Notes under the pieces: model-generated
What the model was told of the DNA's origin: nothing
Database searches by the model: none
What the model saw: only the letters and a program-made list of their open reading frames with translations
Shown here: positions 40,262 through 49,219 of the stretch, piece after piece
Layout of the letters: each line of letters starts with the position of its first letter
Position numbering within the stretch: position 1 is the stretch's first letter
Translations under genes and position numbers: made by a program
Assembly: GCA_964512045.1 (NCBI GenBank)
Contig: CAZEJK010000001.1
Location: 54,398 to 115,571, forward strand
From: an uncultured Thermoanaerobaculia bacterium
Lineage (GTDB): Bacteria > Acidobacteriota > Thermoanaerobaculia > Thermoanaerobaculales > Sulfomarinibacteraceae
Length of the DNA: 61,174 bases
Reading direction: 5' to 3'

Positions 40262-41352
40262 GTGTTCCCAGTACCGCCACCGAGTGGCGACCGAGCCCGT
40301 TCCTGCATGTGAGCCCTGAGCGGCTGTACAACCCGTTGACCGATGCGTACCTCGACGCCACCGAGCACGGCTTCGGCGTGCTGATGGAGCTTCTCGATGC
40401 CGGTCACAGCGTGAGCCCGGCAGAGCTGAGCCCCACCTTCGGCGCCTTGATCGAGCAGGGGTGGCTGGTGCCGGCCGATGAGGACCTGTCGTACCGGTGG
40501 CGGCTGAAGTACGTCTCCCTGGAGGCGCACACCACGTGCAACCATCGCTGCTACTTCTGCCCGGTGTCGGTGGTGCAGCGGCCCAAGGCGTCCATGCCGA
40601 CCGAGATGTACGAGCGCGTGGTGCGCGAGATCGCCGATCTCGGCGAGCCGATCGAAGCGGTGGTCATGATCAGCTACAACGAGCCCACCCTCGACCCCCG
40701 GTTTGTGGAGCAAGTCCGCTGCATCAAGGAGGCAGGTCTTCCGCCGGCGACCCTGAGCAACGGCTCGGGACTGACTCCGAAGGTCACCGATGCGCTCGTC
40801 GAGCTCGGAGGGCTGAGCTACCTGTCGATCAACCTGTCGACGATCGACCGGGAGCGCTACCGTCGTGACCGCGGTCGCGACCACCTTCCGACGGTGTTGA
40901 CCAACGTGGACTACGCCAAGGACAAGCCGGTGGCGGACCAGATGGAGATCGTGGTGCTCGGCACGGGAGATGCGGAGCACACCGAGAACGTGCGCGCCAT
41001 CCGTGAGTACTTCGCCGGGAGCCGGTTCGTGGTCAAGGACTTCGTGGCGAATGATCGGGCGGGGTACCTGGAAATCGGCATGAAGGCGCCGGATGACGGC
41101 ACCACGTTGTGCGGCTGTGACTACATGGGCTCGCGGCCGATTCAGCATCTGCACATTACCGCCCGCGGACGGTGCATCCTCTGCTGTCAGGACTACCACG
41201 AGGAGTGGGAGGTGGGGGACCTGACGACCCAGTCAGTGCGTGAGGTGCTGGACAGCCCCGAGCTCGCCAGGGCCCGTCGTTGGGTGTACGGCCTCGAGGA
41301 GCCGCCGGAGCGGTTCTTGTGCCACGGGTGCCCGTACGCTCTGCGAAGGTAA
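40258..41352 (+). CDS. Radical SAM / SPASM-like protein with an N-terminal extension of about 90 aa
   Basis: ATGA overlap with the wzt stop. Cx3Cx2C cluster CNHRCYFC at about aa 92-99. C-terminal auxiliary Cys cluster CGCDY...CILCC...CHGC. Confidence 0.85.
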
Positions 41353-41393
41353 CGGCGTGGGTGGTTCGATACAGCGTTGGTGACGGGGGTGAG

Positions 41394-42452
41394 GTGAGCA
41401 GATCGCGGCTTTCGGTCGAGCTTCTGGTCGATGACACGCCGATGTTTGGGGGGATCAAGGTGGTGCTGCGGCATGCGGATCTCCTCACGCAGCGTGGGTA
41501 TCGTGCGACGGTGGTCTCGCCGGGGGCGCCACCCGACTGGTATGCGATGACAGCGCCGTTTGTCCAGGTCGGAGGCTTGACGGCATCACGGCCGAAGGCC
41601 GATGTCACGGTTGCCACCTACTGGACAACGATCGAGCCCGCCCTGGCGTCGGCCGAGGGGCAGGTGGTCCACTTCTGTCAGGGGTTCGAGGGGCTGTACA
41701 CCCACAACCGCGCGGAGCATCCGCAGATCGATGCGGTGTACCACAGTGACATCCCGGCCTGGACCGTGGCGCCCCATCTGTCGGCGCTGCTGAGGAGACG
41801 CTTCGGGCGCCCCAGCCGCGTCGTGCTGCAACCGCTGGAGCCGGTGTGGGCGCCGGTACGCTGCAGGTGGCGGCCCCATCGGCCGCCGAGAGTGCTGATC
41901 GTCTCACCGTTCGAGATCGATTGGAAGGGTGTTGCGACCGGTCTTCAGGCCGTTCGACGGCTTCGTCAGGCGGGCCTGGACTGCCGTCTGGTCCGGCTCT
42001 CGCAGTGGCCGCTGACCGTCGACGAGCGGGCCATCCTGGAGCCCGACGAGTACCACTGCGCTCTACCGCTGCCCGAGGTTGTCCGGTTGCTGCGCACGGT
42101 CGATCTCCTGCTGGCGCCCTCGTGGGAGGCGGAGGGCTTCGGTCTTCCCGTGCTCGAGGCGATGGCGAGCGGCGTCCCGGTCGTGGCCTCCGACATCGCG
42201 TCCTTTCGTGACTTCGCCTCATCCGCAGCAGTGTTGGTGCCGCCGGAGGACCCCGACGCCTTCGCCAGCGCTGCGCGACGAGTCCTCGGCGATCCCCGAC
42301 GATGGCGCCGGATGCGCCGGCTCGGGCTGCAGACGGCCCGCCGCTACGCCGAGCCCGCCGTGGTGGGGTCCATTGCCTCTGCGGTGGAGTGGGTCGCGAG
42401 CGGAGCCTGGCGGGACGAGCGTCCCAGGCGCGATCTCGCTACACCTCGATGA
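41394..42452 (+). CDS. Glycosyltransferase, GT-B fold (GT4-like)
   Basis: FGGIKVVLRHADLL near the N-terminus. Donor-site block SWEAEGFGLPVLEAMASGVPVVASDIASFRDF. The start is uncertain (GTG 41394 or ATG about 41448). Confidence 0.78.
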   Translation: MSRSRLSVELLVDDTPMFGGIKVVLRHADLLTQRGYRATVVSPGAPPDWYAMTAPFVQVGGLTASRPKADVTVATYWTTIEPALASAEGQVVHFCQGFEGLYTHNRAEHPQIDAVYHSDIPAWTVAPHLSALLRRRFGRPSRVVLQPLEPVWAPVRCRWRPHRPPRVLIVSPFEIDWKGVATGLQAVRRLRQAGLDCRLVRLSQWPLTVDERAILEPDEYHCALPLPEVVRLLRTVDLLLAPSWEAEGFGLPVLEAMASGVPVVASDIASFRDFASSAAVLVPPEDPDAFASAARRVLGDPRRWRRMRRLGLQTARRYAEPAVVGSIASAVEWVASGAWRDERPRRDLATPR

Positions 42453-43566
42453 CCACGTAGAAACCGCTGGTTGCGAGGCTGTCGTGATCGACGGCGAAGC
42501 CGTTCGGTTCGTGCGCAAGCCGCCGGAACCGCTCTGGAACATCGCCGGTGCGCTGCGCGGTGATCTCGAATCGATCGAACCCGCAGGCGCGAAGCCAGCT
42601 CTCCAGGGTGGTGCGGGTGTAGAACCGGAAGTGGGTGTGGCAGAGGAGCCCGATCGGCAGGTAGTCCCATCGCCCGGCGATGAGGTCGTCGACGATCGAC
42701 CAGTGGCCGACGTTGGGGACCGACAGCACGATCCGTCCTCCATCCCGAACCAGCCCCCGCATCCGCGACAGGAACCGCTGGGGGTCCGTGAGGTGCTCGA
42801 ACAGCTCGCACGCGACGACCGCGTCGAACTGTCCATCCAGTGGTACCTGGTCGATATCGCCGCAGATAACGTGGTGAAGGTGCCCTCGCGCCTCCTGAGC
42901 CGCCACCGGGTTGAGCTCCACGCCGGTCACGCGGCAGCCCAGCTCACGCTGCAGGAGGCGACCGGTGGCGCCGCGGCCACAGCCAACCTCGAGCACATCC
43001 CTGGTCGTCTCGGGAAGGAGCTGCACGATGTCTGCCCGGACCTCGCCGTAGTAGTCGATGAACTCGTGGCACAGGCCCGCCTCCGAGCACTCGGGCGCTG
43101 CAGACAGTAACCGGCGAGCATCGAGCACGTCGTGCGCGGTGGTGGCATGATCTGTTGCCAGCCGCGCAACCGTCGTGGGGGCGAGCAGCACAGCGGGTAC
43201 GGTCCCCGCTCGCGGCACCTCGGCCGGTGGGTCGAGCTCGAGAAAGGTGGTCTCTGCTGCCTCGATGCCGCGTACGGTGTGGATCGGGATCTGATCCGGT
43301 AACGCCGTTGCGGACAGGCGCCTCGGGACGGCCGCGGGTGCGCCGTCGCGAACCGTGGCGACCATGGCTTGAGCCGAGCGGCGCAGCAGCAGCGTCCGCG
43401 CACTGGTTGCGAGCACATGACGCCCCCTGGCGTCACGCAGATGCTGCCCTTCCTCCACCGAGTCCACCGCGGCCTCGAGCTCGACCCGCAACCAGTCATG
43501 CAGGAACTGAAACTCCGGCGACTCGCGCAGCGCCTCGGTCCAGTCGTGGAGCCAGAGAACCTCCAT
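42439..43566 (-). CDS. Two-domain protein: unknown N-terminal domain of about 190 aa + class I SAM-dependent methyltransferase
   Basis: SAM-binding motif VLEVGCGRGATG, plus AVVACELFEHLTDP and GGRIVLSVPN. The start is ATG 43566 or 43611. Confidence 0.82.
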   Translation of the reverse strand: MEVLWLHDWTEALRESPEFQFLHDWLRVELEAAVDSVEEGQHLRDARGRHVLATSARTLLLRRSAQAMVATVRDGAPAAVPRRLSATALPDQIPIHTVRGIEAAETTFLELDPPAEVPRAGTVPAVLLAPTTVARLATDHATTAHDVLDARRLLSAAPECSEAGLCHEFIDYYGEVRADIVQLLPETTRDVLEVGCGRGATGRLLQRELGCRVTGVELNPVAAQEARGHLHHVICGDIDQVPLDGQFDAVVACELFEHLTDPQRFLSRMRGLVRDGGRIVLSVPNVGHWSIVDDLIAGRWDYLPIGLLCHTHFRFYTRTTLESWLRACGFDRFEITAQRTGDVPERFRRLAHEPNGFAVDHDSLATSGFYVVIEV

Positions 43567-43651
43567 CGGGCGAGGATAGCACCGTACGGGCGTTGGCGTT
43601 ACGAGGTGCACGAGCTGTTGTGGTACCGTCCTTTCCGTCAGAGGTGTGCAG

Positions 43652-44749
43652 ATGAGCCCATCGCCAACGTCCGGGCACGGTGGTGCAGAGCGCCGGGGTC
43701 ATCCTCGGTGTGTCAGCCTCGTGACCGTTGCGTACTTCTCGGCGCCGGAGCTGGCGCGGCTCATCGAGACCTTCCGCCGAGAGTGCGATCTGGCCGGGGT
43801 GACCGGAGAGGTGGTCGTGGTCGAGCACTCCGAGGACGCGGAGGAGCACCGTGCCGTGCGCGCGCTGGATCCGGATCGAGTGGTGGTCCAGTCGAACCGC
43901 GGGTACGGCGCAGGGCTGAACCGGGGCGTCGAGGCTGCCCGGGGCGACGTGCTCGTGCTGTCGAACCCTGATGTCGAGCTGCTGACTGGTAGCGTGCAGG
44001 CCCTGCTCGATGCCCTGCGCGGTGGTCGCGGCGTGGTGGGACCGCAGTTCACGTGGGACCGAGAAGGCCGGATCCTGCATCCGCCGGCGGAGGACCCCGC
44101 ACCTGCCGCCGTGCTCAGGGCGACGCTGGCCCGCTGGAGCCAGATCCTCTGGCGACGAGAGCTCAGCCGCCGCGTGAGCGCTGATCTCAGCGTCTGGGAG
44201 GCGCGTCAGCCGGTCACGGTGTCATCGTTGCGCGGCTCGGTGCTGGTGGTGGACCGGAAGCTCTGGCAACGTCTCGAAGGGTTCGACGAGCGGTTCTTCC
44301 TGTACTCCGAGGAGACGGACTGGCTGTGGCGCGCGCGCGCGTCGGGCGTTCCGCTCGAGGTGGCGCCGTCAGCGAGGGTTCTCCACCGGTGGGCCCATTC
44401 CACCTGGCGCCTGCACGATCGTGCCGAGATCGAGCGGACCTCGCGGGAGCTGTTCGAGCGCTTGCACTACCCACATGCGTGGCGCTGGCTCCTGGCTGCG
44501 GCTCGCAGGCTTCCGGAGCGAGCCGGGCTCGAGCCGACCCCTGTCCGCGGGCCTGGCGACGTGCCCCGTGTCGAAGCTGCGCGGTACCTGCTGAGCCCGT
44601 TCCGGCATCTCGCGCCCGCTTTGAGCGTCCCATGGGATGCCCTCGACGAGCTGGCGCCGGCGGTGAGCTCTGGCCAGTGGGTGCTGGCACGGCTGGTCTG
44701 CCAAGGCTCGCGCTGGGATGTCAGCGCCGTGTACGGTTGGGGGAGTTGA
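43652..44749 (+). CDS. Glycosyltransferase family 2 (WbbL/rhamnosyltransferase-like)
   Basis: VSLVTVAYFSAPEL..., NRGYGAGLNRG, VLVLSNPDVEL and FFLYSEETDWLWR are GT2 motifs. No TM segment. Confidence 0.8.
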   Translation: MSPSPTSGHGGAERRGHPRCVSLVTVAYFSAPELARLIETFRRECDLAGVTGEVVVVEHSEDAEEHRAVRALDPDRVVVQSNRGYGAGLNRGVEAARGDVLVLSNPDVELLTGSVQALLDALRGGRGVVGPQFTWDREGRILHPPAEDPAPAAVLRATLARWSQILWRRELSRRVSADLSVWEARQPVTVSSLRGSVLVVDRKLWQRLEGFDERFFLYSEETDWLWRARASGVPLEVAPSARVLHRWAHSTWRLHDRAEIERTSRELFERLHYPHAWRWLLAAARRLPERAGLEPTPVRGPGDVPRVEAARYLLSPFRHLAPALSVPWDALDELAPAVSSGQWVLARLVCQGSRWDVSAVYGWGS

Positions 44750-44800
44750 TGCAGAGCGGGCGATGGTGGAGGATGCCATCGCGACTGGGAGGGCTGTCTG

Positions 44801-45775
44801 GTGAGCGAGATCGAGCTGCGGTCGTACCGCGATGGCGATGAGCACGCGATCAACGAGGCGTTCAACGCGGTCTTCGGCCTCAACCGTAGTGTGCAGGAGT
44901 GGCTGTGGAAGTTCCCACGCTGGCCTGGCCCGCGCGCCATCCTGGTCGCCATGGTGGACGGTGAGGTGGTGGGGCATAACGCCGGGATTGCGGCTCGCGT
45001 CCGGCTGGGGGAGCGGACCGTCGGAGCTCTCCAGTGCGTCGATACGTTCTCGGTGGCCGACCGTCTTCGCCGCCAGGAGTGGCGAGATCTGTGGAAGGTG
45101 CTCATGGACCGGTTCGCTGACGAGTTCGGCGGCGGCGAGGTGGAGCTCCTCTACGGTTTTCCAGGTCCGAGGGCACGGGCCCAGGCCGTCCGACGCTGTG
45201 GCTACGATTCGGTCGAGCCACAGCCGGTGATCCGCCTCGAGCGGACAGCTCCGCAGAGTAGCATTCGCCGTCGGCTGTACAGAGCGGAGGCGGCGAGGGA
45301 CTGGGAGCCGCTGCTCGACGAGCTCTGGAGCCGCGTCTGCCACCGCTACCCGGCCGCAGTGGTGCGGGACGCGGAGCACGCCCTGTACCGCCTGAGTGGA
45401 CGACCAGGCGTTCGCTACCACCGGTTTCTCTTCTTTCCCAGGATGTCGCGAACGCCGGTGGCGTTTGTCGCCTTTCGCACCGGTGACGGAACATGCCGTT
45501 GGGTCGATCTGCTGTGGGACGAGGGGCATCCGGGGGCTCTGGACCTGGCGGTGCACCTGTCGGCCTCGCTGGCGGCGCGGGAGGGAGATCGCGAGGAGCT
45601 GTGGCTCGACGGCGACCCGGTCGCCCGCGAGCGACTGGAGCGTGCGGGGTTTCGCGCAGCCCCGGATCCTTCGGGGGTGACGGTGGTCTACCGCGCGCTG
45701 ACCCGGCCGGCGGCCGACGCGCTGCGAGCTGCTGGAGGGCTCTATGTCACGATGGCGGATGCGGATCTGGTGTGA
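44801..45775 (+). CDS. GNAT-like acyltransferase (tentative)
   Basis: GTG 44801 follows GGGAGGG. LRSYRDGDEHAINEAFNAVF...VAMVDGEVVGHNAGI resembles the N-terminal GNAT half. The rest I do not recognise. Confidence 0.5.
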   Translation: MSEIELRSYRDGDEHAINEAFNAVFGLNRSVQEWLWKFPRWPGPRAILVAMVDGEVVGHNAGIAARVRLGERTVGALQCVDTFSVADRLRRQEWRDLWKVLMDRFADEFGGGEVELLYGFPGPRARAQAVRRCGYDSVEPQPVIRLERTAPQSSIRRRLYRAEAARDWEPLLDELWSRVCHRYPAAVVRDAEHALYRLSGRPGVRYHRFLFFPRMSRTPVAFVAFRTGDGTCRWVDLLWDEGHPGALDLAVHLSASLAAREGDREELWLDGDPVARERLERAGFRAAPDPSGVTVVYRALTRPAADALRAAGGLYVTMADADLV

Positions 45776-46358
45776 GCCGCGGCCGCCCCGGCCGGTAGAT
45801 CAGCCACAGGTTGCGGACGTAGATGATCCAGCCGGTGCTCTGACCCAGCACGCCGACGACGTCGTGGCGCCAGATGAAGTAGGTGCACAGGAGGCTCGCT
45901 CCGGCCAGGCTCATCCACCAGAACACCGGCGGCACGACCGATCGCCTGTGCCGCTCGCTGGTCAGCCACTGGACGATCATGCGGCCGGCGAACAGCGCCT
46001 GTCCGAGGAAGCCGAGACCGACCCATAGCAGGCCTGCCGGTCCCGAGATGTTCAGGATCGTCTCGATGAGGTTCCCTGACGTCTTCTGCCGATGGATCCG
46101 CTGTGTGAACTCTGCTGGCGTCAGGAGCTCACGGCGCCCGTCGAGCATCGTCAGCACGTACCGGTAGCCGCCGTCCTCAGCCGGGACGATCTCCACCCGA
46201 TCCCGAGCACCGTCGATCTGGACCTTGATCGACACGCGGGGGGGGCGAGCGCTCTCGGAGGGGGGGGGCGATGCTGCACAGACAATGCCGCCGGACATGA
46301 TGAGGATCCCGAGGGTGCATCCGAAAACCAAGCGGCGCATGACGGCGAATCGTACCAT
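45747..46358 (-). CDS. Membrane protein with a lipid-A-disaccharide-synthase N-terminal (LAB_N) type domain
   Basis: The C-terminal 90 aa (LLWVGLGFLGQALFAGRMIVQWLTSERHRRSVVPPVFWWMSLAGASLLCTYFIWRHDVVGVLGQSTGWIIYVRNLWL) follow the 3-TM LAB_N pattern. The start is ATG 46358 or 46340. It contains C9 and C8 runs encoding PPP and PP. Confidence 0.7.
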   Translation of the reverse strand: MVRFAVMRRLVFGCTLGILIMSGGIVCAASPPPSESARPPRVSIKVQIDGARDRVEIVPAEDGGYRYVLTMLDGRRELLTPAEFTQRIHRQKTSGNLIETILNISGPAGLLWVGLGFLGQALFAGRMIVQWLTSERHRRSVVPPVFWWMSLAGASLLCTYFIWRHDVVGVLGQSTGWIIYVRNLWLIYRPGRPRLTPDPHPPS

Positions 46359-46393
46359 GACGCCGCGCACTGACGGAGTCGCGGCCGTGAGCG

Positions 46394-48130
46394 CTACAGC
46401 GGTGTGACGCCACCAGCCTCCTGGTGGTTGAGCCAGAGCTGTGCGTACACGTGCAGCAGACGGAACCGAGACCGGTAGATCTCCTCCAGGCGGCGGGTTT
46501 CGCCACGGTAGAGCATGTCGTCGATGAACCACTGGAACCGACGGTCCATCTCGCCAGCCCGCTCCAATGAGCGGCCGGCTCGCTCGAGGACCTCATAAAA
46601 CCGCTCCGAGTCGTAGCTCGAGCGCAGACGCTCGATGCTCTCGATCTCCTCCCGGATCTTGATCCGCAGCGCCGCGATGGTGATGAAGAACCGCGCCAGC
46701 TCCCACTCGATGCTGCGCTCCACCAGCTTGTGGTGGCTCAGATCGATGTACGCCTCGACCTCCCACGGCTCGAGCTTCAGGTTGTGCAGCTCAGGAGCGT
46801 TGACGATCGCCGCCGGTTCGTGGTTCCAGGAGACCAGCTCGAGGGCGAACATGATCTTGTGCAGCGCCTCGTTGAGCAGGGCGTCCGGGGGGATGATCTC
46901 ATCGATGGACCTGGCGTCCGCGTCCCTGCGAGGCACCGTCGCCTCCCGCTCGGCGCTTTGCGACGTGGCGTTGAGCTCCTCCACGACCAGATGTGGATTG
47001 GTGTCGGTCCCGACGGTCTTGGCCGCTCCAGGTGCAGGTCTCGCCGCTGCTGGATCGGCAGACGCGATGGCCTCGAACGCGGGATGGGGCTCATCGGGTG
47101 GAGGCGCCGCGTGCGCTGCTTCGGGTGGAGGAGCGGGCCGGGCGATACCCGTCATCGGGTCGAACCGGTCCAGGATCTCGTTGATACGGCGCCGGAACTC
47201 CTGCAGCTCTCCCCGTTTGAGGTTCTCTTGCTTGCGCTGCGAGTCGATCTTGGTGCGGTAGGTGCGGAACGACTCCAGCTGGTCTCGGAGGTCGTCGTGG
47301 GCAAAGTCGGGATGCGACTCCACATACCGCTCGATCTCCAGGATCCGGTTCGTATCCTCGAGGATCTGGGCCTCTTCCTGCTCGTACAGCTGAACGAACC
47401 GATTCTTGGCCGAGATGTTGGTGCTGACGACCTCCAACAGGATCTCCTCGTCCAAGATCGATGGTCCCAACCGCTGCTTGAGGTTGCGGAGGCGGTCGAG
47501 CACCCCGCCGGACAGCAATGTGTCGAAGTCTCGGATCGACTCCAGCTCGCTGCGGATCTCGCGAGTGGCAGTCCTCAGCACCGCCTTCTCTTGATCGTCC
47601 ACGTTCGGAGCACTGGTCCACCTCAGCAACCCCGTCAGATGACTCTCCAGCTCCCGCCGGTCCCTGACGAGCGAGCGTCCATCGTCGAGCGGCGCCTCGC
47701 CGATCCTCGTGAACAGGATGTCCAGCTTGTCGAGAGTGTCCCGGCCGGTGTCCCGTGTCTGGAGGTAGAACTTGGTGAGGGCGAAGAGGATCTTGTCGTC
47801 CTGACGCTTCAGCCGGTCGAAGAACCGACGCAGCGACGAAGGAGCGAACTCCACGTCGAGCCCATGCAGGCGATCGGACACCGTGTCCAGCTCTCTGTTG
47901 ATCGTGTCGATCTCACTCTGGACATCCGCATCGGCCTCGGAGCCGACCCGACCAACGAGAGCTTGCAGTCGGCGGTACAGTGCTTGAAAGTCATAGGAAA
48001 ACGGTAGGGCGCCCTTGTCGAGATGCTTGTGAACGCCGCCGAGAAACTGGTAGAAGGTCCACAGCGATCGGAACCGATCTGACAGCCGTGTGTACTGCTC
48101 GCTCTGGGAAATGCCGTTCGCTGCCACCAT
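46394..48130 (-). CDS. Conserved-looking all-helical hypothetical protein (578 aa)
   Basis: The ORF is long and compositionally normal (rich in L/E/R/D, with heptad-like stretches) and has a central Pro/Ala-rich linker. I recognise no motif. Confidence 0.7.
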   Translation of the reverse strand: MVAANGISQSEQYTRLSDRFRSLWTFYQFLGGVHKHLDKGALPFSYDFQALYRRLQALVGRVGSEADADVQSEIDTINRELDTVSDRLHGLDVEFAPSSLRRFFDRLKRQDDKILFALTKFYLQTRDTGRDTLDKLDILFTRIGEAPLDDGRSLVRDRRELESHLTGLLRWTSAPNVDDQEKAVLRTATREIRSELESIRDFDTLLSGGVLDRLRNLKQRLGPSILDEEILLEVVSTNISAKNRFVQLYEQEEAQILEDTNRILEIERYVESHPDFAHDDLRDQLESFRTYRTKIDSQRKQENLKRGELQEFRRRINEILDRFDPMTGIARPAPPPEAAHAAPPPDEPHPAFEAIASADPAAARPAPGAAKTVGTDTNPHLVVEELNATSQSAEREATVPRRDADARSIDEIIPPDALLNEALHKIMFALELVSWNHEPAAIVNAPELHNLKLEPWEVEAYIDLSHHKLVERSIEWELARFFITIAALRIKIREEIESIERLRSSYDSERFYEVLERAGRSLERAGEMDRRFQWFIDDMLYRGETRRLEEIYRSRFRLLHVYAQLWLNHQEAGGVTPL

Positions 48131-48269
48131 GATCCACTAGCATAACCGATTTGCGGTTGTGCTGACGAGATGCACTCTGATGGCGTCTGTGTTGCGCACG
48201 CCTCGGAGCTGCTAAGCTGCCCGCGAGCGGCCGGCCCCGTGATGGTGCGGGTCGTTGGAGGAGGTGGCG

Positions 48270-48794
48270 ATGCTCGGCGATGTGGTGGTGTCGGCACGGC
48301 AGATCGAGGAGACGGTGGATCGTCTTGCCACCGAGATCGGCGAGAGAGTTGAGGGGACGCAGTATCGGCCGGTGTTCATCGGCGTGCTGAAGGGTTGTGT
48401 GTACTTCTTCTCTGATCTGACGAGGCGCATCGGTCGGCCGCTGGAGATGGACTTCATCCAGGTCTCGAGCTACGGGAAGAGCACCGTCAGCTCCGGCTCC
48501 GTCGTGCTCGTGAAAGACATCTCGATCGATGTACGCGATCGCGATGTGTATCTGGTCGAGGACATCGTGGACACGGGGTACACGCTGCGCGACCTGGTGC
48601 AGCTGCTTCGGGCACGGCACCCGCGGTCGGTGCGTGTTGTGGCCTTGCTGTCCAAGCCGGCGCGGCGCGAGGTCGAGGTCGATGTCGACCATCTCGGTTT
48701 GGAGATCGAGGACCGCTTCGTTGTCGGGTATGGCCTGGACTTTGATCAGCAGTACCGGAACCTTCCGGAGATCGTGGAGTACGTGCCAGATTGA
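48270..48794 (+). CDS. hpt: Hypoxanthine phosphoribosyltransferase
   Basis: PRPP-binding motif VYLVEDIVDTGYTL. Also VFIGVLKGCVYFFSDL and VGYGLDFDQQYRNLP. ATG 48270 follows GGAGGAGG. Confidence 0.92.
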   Translation: MLGDVVVSARQIEETVDRLATEIGERVEGTQYRPVFIGVLKGCVYFFSDLTRRIGRPLEMDFIQVSSYGKSTVSSGSVVLVKDISIDVRDRDVYLVEDIVDTGYTLRDLVQLLRARHPRSVRVVALLSKPARREVEVDVDHLGLEIEDRFVVGYGLDFDQQYRNLPEIVEYVPD

Positions 48795-48841
48795 GGCAGG
48801 TCCGAGTATACTGCGCGCGAACAACCGATACGGAGGGCGTC

Positions 48842-49219
48842 ATGGAGAACGTGCACACGGACGGTGCGCCGGCGGCGATTGGACCCTACAGTCAGGCGGT
48901 GGTTGCTCAGGGGCTGGTGTTCGTGTCCGGTCAGATCCCGATCGATCCGAGCTCTGGGCAGCTCGTGCAAAGCTCGTTCGCGGACCAGGTGCGGCAGGTT
49001 CTTGCCAACCTGGATGCCATTCTGGTGGCGGCCGGGAGCAGCCGGGAGCGCGTCGTCAAGGTCAACGTGTACCTGACAGACATGGGCCGGTTCGCCGAGG
49101 TCAACGAGATCTACGGGGAGTTCTTCGGGGAGCACCGTCCGGCTCGTGCAGCGGTGCAGGTGGCACGGTTGCCCAAGGACGTTCCGGTCGAAATGGAGCT
49201 GATTGCGGAGGCTCCATGA
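48842..49219 (+). CDS. ridA: RidA/YjgF family reactive-intermediate deaminase
   Basis: APAAIGPYSQAVVAQGLVFVSGQIPIDPSSGQLV...ARAAVQVARLPKDVPVEMELIA. Confidence 0.92.
   Translation: MENVHTDGAPAAIGPYSQAVVAQGLVFVSGQIPIDPSSGQLVQSSFADQVRQVLANLDAILVAAGSSRERVVKVNVYLTDMGRFAEVNEIYGEFFGEHRPARAAVQVARLPKDVPVEMELIAEAP

Noticed and set aside
44685-44702. TGGCAC-containing sigma54-like site near the end of the GT2 gene; a second one is at 49161-49172.
   Set aside because: The first has TCTGC instead of TTGC at -12 and lies inside coding sequence. The second has only 7 nt between GG and GC, and it is also within ridA.
44764-44805. 13-codon ORF (MVEDAIATGRAVW) between GT2 and the GNAT-like gene, considered as a possible RiPP precursor for the radical-SAM enzyme.
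   Set aside because: It has no SD and no Cys/Ser/Thr-rich core, and it overlaps the GNAT-like start and its SD. There is no evidence beyond its being an open frame.
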